A stretch of DNA of 64,000 nucleotides from Trichoplax adhaerens. Taxonomy: Eukaryota > Animalia > Placozoa. A program made the translations under genes and the position numbers. Below the pieces are notes generated by a model. That model had not been told where the DNA came from. It saw nothing but the letters and a program-made list of their open reading frames with translations, and did not search any database. Positions 52,420 through 64,000 of this stretch are shown piece by piece (position 1 is the stretch's first letter; every line of letters starts with the position of its first letter). The DNA lies in contig NW_002060944.1 in assembly GCF_000150275.1 (NCBI RefSeq), positions 7,640,735 through 7,704,734 on the forward strand. The letters run 5' to 3'.

Positions 52420-53070
52420 GCTACTCTACTGTACTGTACAGTACGCTATACGGTACACTGTACACTGTAAACTGGACAGAATAAATTATATAAATTAAAT
52501 TATAAATTAATTATACTGTACAGTAAACTTTGGTACAGTTTACACTACTATAATGTGGTGATATAACCGCTAATTTGGATGGCAATCGCGGATAATGGAT
52601 TATTTCAGACATAGTACTGTACACCAGTCAGTGGGCTATATGGTAGACAGACTCATATCATCATCATTGGCGATTTTATAAAATTCATTCATCGTGCAGT
52701 AGACATTGGTCCGAATCCTGCAGTACAGTACAGTACGTACAGAGTGGACTGTACTGTACACTGTACTGTACAGTATACTGTACTGTAGAGTACTGTACTG
52801 TAGCTGACCTACATCGCTATGGGTGACATCTTTTTTACTCAGGCTATACGATACAGTAGTGGTCAGCGGAAATACTCATGTCTGATCATGATGAAGTACA
52901 GTACTGCACACTGTGGACTGCATACTGTAGTTGGCCTGCATCGCTATGGGTGACATCTTTTTTACTCAGGCTGTACGATACGGTACCGATCAGCGGAAAT
53001 ACTCATGTCTCGTCATGACGAAAACGGAAGATGTGTACCAGACCGTACCAGTTGTAACGGTACTAACGGT
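52420..53070. promoter_or_regulatory. Putative Sidekick promoter with a dense TACAGTA/TACTGTA/GTACC cluster
   Basis: ctactgtactgtacagtac (~52426), cagtacagtacagtacgtacag...ctgtactgtacactgtactgtacagtatactgtactgtag (~52721-52788) and gtaccagaccgtaccag (~53035). It lies ~1.2-1.8 kb upstream of the signal-peptide exon; a possible 5' UTR donor is at ~53469. Confidence 0.55.
52796..53022. repeat. Direct tandem duplication, ~127 bp period, 2 copies
   Basis: catcgctatgggtgacatcttttttactcaggct.tacgatac.gta....tcagcggaaatactcatgtct..tcatga.gaa occurs at 52812 and 52939. Confidence 0.93.
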
Positions 53071-54235
53071 AGAATCGATTGGAAACTGGATACTACCCGG
53101 ATAGCACTAGACGAGAGCTTAGTCGAGGTCGCTGATCGCTTTGATGTTTTGTTCATCCTTTTTCTATTAGTCAACAACAAAATTAAAATTGATTGCATTA
53201 CCCGACTCTAATTTATCAACATAAAGACGAGCAATATCGGCTTTCCAGGCTAAAAGAAGGAAAGAGTCAATACACCAAGAGTCAGTTCAAGCAATCTGAA
53301 CAATTGGAATCTTGGTACAATAGCTACAAACCGTTATTATAACGGTCGGAAAGTTGACAACCTATCCATTTTTTTCTATTCATATTCTTCTGGCGATACG
53401 TCGATCGATTTCCTGCTTGCCAATATTATCATCCATTCAACACTTTCCTATTCCAATTTTTGAAGGAGGTATATCATTATACTTGATTTTGCTATGACTG
53501 GGATATCAACTATAGCTATTGTTCACTTAACTACCATGCTATATAGTCTTATTCTCGGTTAATCAAGGAGAAATGAAACTAGTATTAAAATATCCTTATT
53601 ATCCTTATTAGGGTGTAGTAGCTAGGAGTAAGACGCTCTCGTTAAAATTGTTGTGGTGGGCATCTTTGCCAATTGGTCTTGGTGATGTCCGTTATATGGT
53701 GATTACCTGATGATTTTACTTTCAGTTCAATCATAGTATGGTATAATCACTTCGATATCCTTTCCAAGACTCTATCCAATGCTTTTCAACCACAAGATTA
53801 ATGCCATAACTGTCTATTTTTTATAAGGTAAGATGATGACAACGATGACCAAGAGAGAGAAAAAGGATAATGACATTACAGTAATGATACAAATCAATCA
53901 TGACATTGTATTCCTAAATATCAATTTACAACTTCGATCGATAAATTCATCTCCTATGGCTAGGAGAACATAATTTAGTCATGGAAAATTTTGCTAATCA
54001 GTCTTTGTAAGATATTTTCCACTTCAGTAGAATAATTCATCCCTCAACAAATGATTTTATACCAAATGTAGAATAGCACTGGACACTTTTCCGACTGACT
54101 TTAATGATACATTGATTGAATAGTAATCATTTCTTTTTATTCCCTCTTATGATGGTTAATGCTCGCTAATGTCGATCATCAAGACAATCATTGTATGTGT
54201 TATTACGACGTGAAAGATCGTCTTTTAACAACTTC

Positions 54236-57200
54236 ATGGCCTTAGTAATCAAGAGGATCGCTTCAAGCTATATCATATTCCTCTTCTTGGTCATTAGCCT
54301 GGTATTACCCACATCCAATTTAGTCGGTAAGTCTTGTTACTTTTTTCATTTATTTCAATTATCTTCAACTACAACAGTCTACCCACATTTCCAAATAATC
54401 ACCTCATATGCTATGCTAAGTGTTGCAACATGATCATTAATTAATGATCACCTCGCTACTGTACATGATTGTATCCACCAAAATTGATAGGAACGAATTT
54501 GTGCGATAGCCACGTTTTTTAAACAATGTTGTTTTTAATCGCATCATGACGCTTATCATCAAATACCACTTTTTCCCCCTTAAATTATTACAAATGCTTT
54601 CAAGATAGTGTTAATTAATGGATTAATGCTGGCTATCAACTGTGTCTTGTTATGTAAGTGACCGATTATTAGCAAAATTGTATACAGTACTACCGTATGT
54701 ATATCAACAAATTCCATCAAAATTTCAACAAAACTTCGCTCTTAACTGAGCCTGTAGTAAACTAACCTGCCGGTACAATACACTAAAGTGATAGATTGTA
54801 ACCTTTCAATTGATAAGAGCCCTATAATTTCCCTCAAAATGAACCTATTTCCACTCTAATTTGAAGCAATTACGTTCGATGTCATTAATTCTATTTCCAT
54901 GCAATAATGGATCATGAGATTGATATAGCAGCGCTAAAATGATCATTAAATCCAAGTGCCCCCCCATGTGGCGAAAAGACATTATTTGAAGCATTATCGA
55001 AAATAAACGCTAAAATTTCTCCACCAAAAAGTCATCGATGAAATTAACGAGTTGTTCTACAGTATATACGCGTAGAGTAGAGGCCAATATCACTTTACTT
55101 TAAAAGCTGAAGTAATACAGTCTAATCGAAATCGTTTACTTAAAACATTCCATATACTGTAAGTTAAAAATAAAACTAAATTTTCACTGTATTAGATAGG
55201 CGTTATAACATAGCTGTTGGACGATAAATTATCCTTCTATATTGTACAGTAATCATAACAGATTAATTTTTGTCTTGATACATTGTAATTGATTTCAAAA
55301 GTGTTCTCATGGTATTCCATGCAGTAAAATGAATTAGATTGTTGTCATTTTATTAGAAGAGTGTAACTAAATCTGCTTTTCATAGGTAGAGCTCATGATA
55401 AAGTAAATAAGTCAGAGCATTAGTCATCATAGGAATCAAATCCTCAATATTTTAGTACCATCTGACATAATAGCTCACTAAATACCATATTATAGTCCAC
55501 AAGACTGATTTTTTGATATCATCTCTCTCTAGCAGATTTAGTCAATTTAATAGAATGATTTAATTATGAGATTACTACCAAAATGCTTTAAATAGTAACT
55601 TCAATTTGAAATCATAAAGGCTAAAAAGAATTTTGATATCAATTTCTGTTACAATAATACGAATTCCGGCAGGCGATCTAATTTGTCGTGATCTGATAGA
55701 ATTACATCGTAATGGTAGAAGATCAGGAGGCTTCCTAGCTAGAAAATAATAATAATGATTATAAATAATTTTACCCATACAATGAAATCTGGTAGTCCAT
55801 CGAATTGACCTATATACGATAGTATTACTCCTCATCTTAGGCATAGAAAACTAACTGGTTTCATTTTACAAAAGTCATCATCATCGGAATAAACTTTACT
55901 ACTGTAATACATCGATAATTATTTTAAAATTTTATTATAAGCTGTAACCGTCATCATTTTTGATCAGTTGATTGATTATCAATGATAGCAGGTTAGATAG
56001 ATAGAATAGGAGGTAAACAAACAACTTTGGTATACTTACAGTCATCTCTTTGTGAAAGTCATTAGGATAAGTCATAAATATTGGAATTCAATAGTAACAG
56101 ACAGATTATCGATTGAAAAGGTTTTTAATTTCAATTATAGCTTTCACCATACAATGATTACTTCTAAGTGATCATTGTAAACTAAAATGTTGTAACTAAC
56201 AGCGTTTAATTCTATTGCTAGTGCTGCATGGCTCAACTAATTTAGCATTATCGTTCGTTCGTGTATTACTGATCTCGTAGGAAATACAATCCGTACATAT
56301 ATGCCAGCCTTAAACTGTTTTTGTCGTTATTATCGACAAGTTATAATGACATGTACACACGTTTCTTAGTATTTAGTTGATAGCAATAATATCACTATAT
56401 CGTCATTTTATTTATAAGGGGGCTAGCAGTTATTACAAATTAGTTAACATATTAATTTCAAGTAACATTTCCAAGCGATACCATGATTTTTCATCGCTAA
56501 AGATATTGATTCTATAAATTATTAATGATTAATTATGGACAGACTGTCTGGCACCTTGCATATTAAAATTCTCAATGTTATGTTTTGTCTCTCATTAAAT
56601 CATGTTCATGACTGCTATCATTCACAATCCAACTACGATCGTATTATTTCTTTAGACGATAATACCTGGTCTTGTGATAAAACACAGTAAGCTTGATTTT
56701 CTGTCAATCGCTATTAGAATTATGCTCAAAAAGATCAGTATGAAATTTCACATCAATACCTTAAAATTTCAGTATAATCCTCTGCATATCCTATTTTTAA
56801 AGTCATTTTTAAGTTAAAGCTATATGTCAGCTCAAATTTCTAAATTTTCCATATATCCTCGAAGGATTTCACTAATTCAGCATCAATTAAAAAATATCCT
56901 AATTATACATAAATACAAATTATAAAGTTCAGGGGTTAATTACGAAGTTATGAATACCTTTTTTATTATTAGGTTATAGTTAATATTAAAGGTAGAACTT
57001 TTATTGAATAGACAATATTGAGAGTATAGTTATATTATTGTAATGGCTAGACGTTTAAGGCCATTATTTATGTCTGTAATCTAAGAAGCTAACATGAAAC
57101 GTTGTGCATTATGATAAATGATCACAAAGAAAGATGAAATGATCTTTAATAAGAAAGAAAACAAAACTAACAGTACAGTTCATGCCCACATTGCCCAGCT

Positions 57201-60200
57201 ACTATGCTCTATTTAAATAAGCGAAAAAATTTTATCCTAGTCAACAATTTGCTTAGGCTATGATTTACCTTGAAATAGAAGCGATAGTCTTAATTAAATA
57301 TTATAGAGTAACCAACATTTTTTTCCGATAGTAATTAATATTGTAATAAGCTAGAACGATGTTATTTATTTATAATTCGGTAAAAATGTTCGAAAATGTC
57401 CATTATGCGAACGTATAATACATGTATCGTGCTGTGGAATTTAATTATTTCATATCCGCTTCCTTTATTTTTAAAAGCAGACATCAAAGGGTAAATGTCT
57501 CCTAAATTAGTACTAATTGCTAGGGATGTTCTTCATACTGTATAGGAAATGAGTGTTAATGCTATTTCTTTGGAATGTACAGTTATGCTATCACGATAAC
57601 TATTTTTCTACAGGTTTATATGCTCTAATTACCTGTATGAAATCCAAAATGATTTTGAGCTATAGAATTTGATACTAGTCATAATCATTCTAATACGGCA
57701 GATCCAGCAGACAGCCGATAGAAAAAGTTTAAATTACACAAACATCAAGTTATAAATACCTGCTGTAGATAGCCAGATATTTCGAATGGAACAATTTAAT
57801 TTATAGAAATTATTGCAATTCATTCAATTAGGAGTATATCTTTAAGCTACAAATATCGGTAGCCAGATATGTGTAAACTGATACAGATATGATCATTTAA
57901 ACACTCGATTACGACGATATCACGATAACAATTTTATTTTTCTATAGCTTGAAACTATACAGCAGCAAATGCTTACTTTACTAAACAGTCTAAATAGAAT
58001 AATTATATATTATATAGATATAGTTAAATCTTCAATGTTATAGAAATCTGACGATTAAAACTATACTAAAGTCCTTAACATTTTGCATCGGGTAATAGCT
58101 TAATTAATATTAGAAAATTTTCAGGCTTCAACTTCTTGATTAAATGGTGATAAATAACAAATTGACCAATATAACTATAACTGAACACTCGTTATCTTTC
58201 GAATCATTTACATAAACCTATCTTGGGCCTTGTTTAAATTTTTAGCTTTTCAAATATTTCTTAATTAAGAGCTTTGTCTATACATTTTACTTTTGGTACT
58301 ATGCTTGGGAATTTATCTAAACTTTGCTATATATTTAATCTAACCTTATATATACGGTATTTTCTATCTAGCGGCTCAAACGGTGCAAGCTACTGGTTTC
58401 GGTGTTAAAAGAGTTCGAGTTTATTCTCGAAATATTTTATTAGACTGCCAAATTACTGCAACAGCCGGTGTCCAGTATTCTAAATCATGGGACCGCAATG
58501 GCAATATTCAAATCTCGAACTCTAGTCGTTTTTCTATATTACAAAATGGTTTACTAATTAGAACAGTACAAGTTGGTGATAATGGAACTTATACGTGCAC
58601 TGTTCGGTATGCAGATAATAATAACAACCCGAAATCTACACTTGCAAAAGGCGATTTAATTGTAGAAGGTAAGAGTAGTAGTTATTATCACAACTAATAT
58701 GCCACCGTATAACAATTTTTGGATCGCTGGTATTTTTTTTATAAACATGTGACTGATTGCGCAGCGATAGAATATATCCAAAATAAGATGCTGATATCAT
58801 GTTGTAAATCATGGTGTTTCTTTAACCTTATAGTATTTTCGATTACCATTTCACTTTAATAATTAATTATCTACCTTTTATACTCATTTATGCTAGACAT
58901 CAAGTGAATTTTCTTTTTAACCAGTAATCTGTATAAGCTATGCTACTATATCATGTCAGCGTATAGTCTACAATATCCCCTTCTTTCAATATAATATCAG
59001 TTAAATTTATAGATTTAGCATAACTACTAATCATACTTTCCGATCAAAGTACGCATGCTATAGAGCTAGCGAACTCATTGTTGTCGAAATTATTAGCACC
59101 ATGATTATTTTATTTAGCCTAGTCGTTAATGTTCATTTTGGTTACTGAATATTAAGAAATTGACCTCGTAACGAGCTAGTAAGCTAGCGACAGTGAATTG
59201 TTAAGGCTACAATAGTTACTACCAAAATTTTTTTACATCTATATTCATCGTTAATGGTTGCTCTTGATTCATGGCTTTTAAAATAAATTGTCGATTAATA
59301 AACCATTTTTAAACTGTTTTATTCAATTTATAGCGCCACCATCACCACCAACTAAACCGATTGTTACTGCAATCAGTTCTAAATCGATAATATTATTATG
59401 GAATCCACCTTTAAGTAGTGGCAATTCGCCTATAACAACTTATATTGTCGAATACCGTACAGCAAGCACCTCATGGGCAACTGTCCTACAAACCTTATCC
59501 AATAACAATGTAAATATATCTAATTTACGGCCCAAGACATTTTACTACTTTCGCATTAAAGCTGCCAATATTGTTGGAACTGGAAGTGAAAGCCCATTCA
59601 CCACTGTAGAAACTTTACAAGCAGGTTTGTACACCACTTATAGAATATCTATTATAGCCATACTTAATCAATCGTCTCGAAATAACCTATACGTCTTAAA
59701 TCGTCTAGAACCTTCTGCTCCACCACAAAATATTAATATAGTCGCTCTCCAAGTTAGCAATACCTTAAGAATATCGTGGCAAGTAAGTTGAACTTAAAAC
59801 GAAATAAAGTTTGTACTAGTTGTAAAATATAAGTTACGATAGTATAAATGTTTATAAAATGTTTAAATTGTATATTATTCTAATTGAATTAAATTTAATC
59901 TTTGCAGCCCCCACCGGTCGATCAGCAATATGGCACCATAGCAGGCTACAATATAGCTTACAAGCCAAGTGGCGTACAAAGTATCGATTTTGAAATGATT
60001 AATATTGGTGGTAGCACCACTACAGCTGATTTAAACAATTTAAGCCCTTACACAACATATTCCATTAAAATTCGAGCCAATAATAGCATTGGTTTCGGGC
60101 CATACAGCCAAATTTACGAGAAAAGGACGCGAGAAATAGGTAAAAGTATTCGGATCAAGTATAATAATTAATCACGTGCAAATTTAAACTTTTATACTAT

Positions 60201-63200
60201 GTAAAAGTTGACATAGAAGTAAAGATGATTTAATTGCGATTTCTAAATTTGTTTTATGTTCTATACAGATCCGCAGGCATCTCCACAACAAATTCGAGGA
60301 AACAGTGTAACGTCAAGTGTTATAACACTAACTTGGCAACCACCTGATCCGTTTCAAACTTATGGGTCAATCATTCGATATCAGGTTAATTCTATTAGCG
60401 TAACTTTTTGTGTAGATTATCTTTTGCTCGGCATTAACATATAGCGAAAGAGTCTAAAGATTGTAGTTAATTAATACTTCTAATTTATTTCGTTATTATA
60501 CTAAATGATTACATATATCTTTATTTTGTTAATTTATTAGATACGAGCTCAATTGACAAGTAATACCAATATTGTAAGATATTTTGATCAAGCATCTGAT
60601 AGCGCATCCATTATTCAGCGTGGAAATGCTACCAATTTAAATAAATTTACTACTTATACAATGACGGTTCGAGCATATAATAGTGCTGGTCCTTCACCTT
60701 GGAGTTCGTCTATTCGTACAACAACCTTAGAAGACAGTGAGTCATTTTATAGAAATTATGGCTAATAACTTAAATTTAACTTAATATTTTGTTCTGCTAA
60801 TAATATAACATTAAGTACCGATTTAAGCAGTGTTTTATAGGTTAACCATAGATTGATCATACTATTAAGTATATGGTACCATACTAAATGCTTTACTTAT
60901 TGCAATAAATTTAGTTCCAGGAACTCCTTCAGGAGTTACAATTTTAGAAATTACTGATCGAACGATACGACTATCATGGAATACTCCAATAGATCAGAAT
61001 GGAATTATCATCAGTTATAGACTTCGTCAATGCTTGTTTAACACTAGCACTTGTAGTACTTGGCAAATTTATTCCAACACCACGTTTTCTGGAGCTCTTA
61101 GCTCGTTACAAGCTAACACTAATTATGGCATACAATTAGCAGCAAGCACAAGCGTTGGATTTGGCAAAATGTTTCAACAAAGTGTCACAACAGCTCTGCC
61201 AATTAGTGAGTTTATGCTTTGATGTCCCATTTTCTTTGAGTTCTATTTTTACCTGTGATATCATAATTCAATCTTTGTACTAATGTACATTTCGAATTTT
61301 ATTAGATCTGCCGGAAGCCCCTGGTAGACCTAGTCCAACTGTACAATCGGCAACATCGGTTTCACTATCATGGTCACCCCCGATCTCAACTGGATCTGGT
61401 TTACTATCCCATTATAAATTAACTTATAATAAACGAGCAGAAAGTACTTGGACTCAAATTAATGTGCGTGCCAATGAGACACAATATACGGTTACAAATT
61501 TAGCACCTTATACTTATTATCGATTTCGGGTCTATGCCGTCAATACCTTGGGCTCAGAAACCCCTAGTCCGATTACATCCTATATTTTGACGTTTGAAGC
61601 AAGTGAGTCTGTAAAAATATAAAACTTATATAGTGGCAAGGCTACAGCTAGCTTGTATAGTGATCTCTGTAGTATGCTATCAACTTTTTGCGGTGACATA
61701 CCGTATTTATGTTCAATTGGTAAATACTTTTATGCATCTGTTAACGCACAAATAGGCAAACGTTTTATGCTTTACAAGAGTAGAAATTAACCGAATCATG
61801 CAATTTAATTATTGATTTTAGTTCCTTCAGCAGCGCCTCAGAATGTCGTTGCTATCCCCATTCGAGATACTAGCCTATTAATCAAGTGGCAAGCACCCCC
61901 AAGCAGTCATTGGAATGGTATACTATTAGGTTATACTATCGTTTATCAACAGCGTGGATCAACTTTGGAGCAATCAGTCAACGTAGATGGTGCAGAAAAG
62001 GATAGCTTTCAATTTAGTCAGTTGTTAACTAATACTGACTATGAAATTCGAATTCAAGCGCGGAATAGCCGTGGAGGTGGAGTATTTAGTCGTCAAATCA
62101 TAGCTCGTACTCGTGAAAGAGCTCCATCTCAGGCTCCATCTCCGATTACAACAAAGTCAATTAATGCGACTGCGATAGAAGTGAAATGGGGGCTTATTCC
62201 TGATGGTGCTGCACGTGGTATTATTATGGGATACAAGGTATGATAGTATTTAATTTAGTAATAACTGTGCCTGGTTATGGACTAATTAGTCATAGAGTGT
62301 TAGTAATTACCTTTTCTGTGATATGAATTAGCTTAGCAGAACGTATTTTAACTACAAGAATATCTGATTTAGTGAATCGATTGATGAGTATGTTCCCAGA
62401 TAACTTACTTAATTACTAAACAGATTCGATATTGGCGAGAGATAGTCGCTGGCATATCCATCAGAAACGTTAATAACGCCACAGCAACTTCTACAATAAT
62501 AAGTGGTTTAGTCAGTGAGCGGTCGTACTATGTACAAGTTTTAGGCTATACGTCTCGAGGAGACGGTCCGGCAAGTTCACCACCAAATTACGTCTACGTA
62601 TCTCCCTTAAGTATGTCATGGTATTACATTAATTATCAATTCACTTGTTTTGGCTTAGCCTCATGTGTGATAACACACCCAGAGAGGATTTATAAGATAA
62701 AATAAGGAAAGTAATAGCGGTCCTAACTGATAATTTCTTTTGTTAACATAGTTCCATCAGCTCCACAAGGCATTACCTTCAGTTCGATTTCGTCTAATTC
62801 TCTTCGAATTAATTGGGTTATGCCATACCGACCTAATAAACCAATTCTTCAATTTCGAATTGGTTTTGCTCTTAATTCTGCCACGCAGCTACAAAATATT
62901 TACATTGCTGGAAATAGTACATTTAACTTTCGTCATAACAATTTGCTATCCCGGCGTGATTACAAATACCAAGTTTGTGCAGAAAATGCTGCTGGATGGG
63001 GATGTAGTCTTTTCTACATTGTTAGAACTGAATCTACTATCGGATGTAAGTACTGCAAATTCATAGATAATTTAATGGAAATATGTATGTAGCAAATATT
63101 GAACTAGAACTATCCAAGGGAAAGGATTTTTGTAGCGAATTTTTTAATTAATTCGTAATTGATTTCACTGATTGAATTGCTGTAATTAGTATGAAGCGTA

Positions 63201-63941
63201 CGATATAAATTGTAAGCTAGAGTTTTGTAAGACTTCAGTCGGTTGCGGTCGTCATTATCTTATTATGTTATAACTTTCCAATTTCAATAGTTTATGTTGC
63301 TTTGGTAGTTTATCTAATTCATATTTTCAATCACATTGTAGCAATCCCAGCTCTAGCTCAATCAATACGATATCCGGCAGAGACTATTGGAGCTCAATCA
63401 TTTGTTATGTTATGGAATAATCCAGCAGGTACTTATCCAATCCGTTATTACAGAGTTCGCTATAGTAGTGATGGAAGTACATGGTTCGTTTTGGATGAGC
63501 TCATTCCTCCATCCCCTACAAGTTTTATACTACGTGGTTTTCAGCCTAATACCCGCTATTTTCTGCAAGTTATTTCAACTAATGATTATAATAATGGATT
63601 TTGGAGTAGCTCAATCCAAGCACAAACTTTACCAACTTGGCCAAGTCAGGTTCCATCTAACGTTTTAGCGCAAGTTGATAATTCAACGACTATCCTCGTT
63701 ACGTGGACAGGCATTTCTACAACCGGCTTTAATGGTGTTCCACTTGGTTATCGCTTGCGATATCGAATTGTCGATAATGCTAATGTTTACACAGTTCTTC
63801 AATCAGCAAATACAACAGCATTTCGTTATTATATACAAGGTTTATTACAATATTCTACTTATGGGGTCTCTGTTGCCGCATACAACAGTAATGGTACTGG
63901 GCCTTATAGCAATGAAGTGACTGTTCAAACTCAAGCTTCCG
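54236..63941 (+). CDS. sdk: Sidekick-like Ig/fibronectin type III cell-surface protein, 5' part (signal peptide, one Ig domain, 10 FN3 domains in window); continues beyond the right edge
   Basis: The signal-peptide exon 54236-54326 (MALVIKRIASSYIIFLFLVISLVLPTSNLV) splices in phase 1 to Ig exon 58372-58668 (LDC...W...LLIRTVQVGDNGTYTC). The FN3 repeats are colinear with recalled human SDK1: GNSPI..YIVE (FN1), PSAPPQNI..WQPPP (FN2), GNATNLNKFTTY..TLED (FN3), LEITDRTIRLSW..NGII (FN4), NLAPYTYYRFR (FN5), RTRE (FN6), GWG (FN8), PIRYY..TND (FN9). Confidence 0.85.
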
Positions 63942-64000
63942 GTAAAGTATTTCTTGCTTCGCGTTATCCGGAGATTTATTTATCGCTTTTCTATTATATA

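Noticed and set aside
63387-63920. Track ORFs 63387-63668 and 63675-63920
   Set aside because: They are out-of-frame overlaps of the real FN3 exon (~63342-63941), which reads IPALAQSIRYPAETIGAQSFVMLWNNPAGTYPIRYY.
58372-63941. Alternative identity as DSCAM or a receptor tyrosine phosphatase
   Set aside because: Ten uninterrupted FN3 repeats follow Sidekick's order and motifs, whereas DSCAM has an Ig after FN4. The C-terminus is outside the window, so a receptor phosphatase is not fully excluded.

Overview
AT-rich, intron-dense eukaryotic DNA from an early-branching animal. The ~70-150 nt introns, compact gene spacing and protein sequences suggest a placozoan (Trichoplax-like); this taxon call is an inference. 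Six spliced protein-coding genes can be assembled by hand: the 5' end of USP7 (minus, runs off the left edge); HAPSTR1/C16orf72 (minus, 2 exons); exportin-6 (plus, head-to-head with HAPSTR1, first coding exon is a bare ATG); a MEI1-like meiotic double-strand-break factor (minus); a ~50-exon striated-type myosin II heavy chain (plus); and a Sidekick-like Ig/FN3 receptor (plus, runs off the right edge). Four short tandem arrays (units of ~125-220 bp) lie next to promoters. No tRNA, rRNA, CRISPR array or autonomous transposon was seen. Most notable observations: (1) USP7 and HAPSTR1, partners in the HUWE1 ubiquitin pathway and neighbours at human 16p13.2, are adjacent here too. (2) The Sidekick-like gene appears to have only one Ig domain. 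(3) A 5-bp-periodic TACAGTA/GTACN/GGACC motif family clusters at three promoters but not at the myosin promoter, which has TATA/CCAAT elements. (4) Many myosin exon lengths equal those recalled for human MYH7. Gene identities come from recalled protein sequences, not from database searches.
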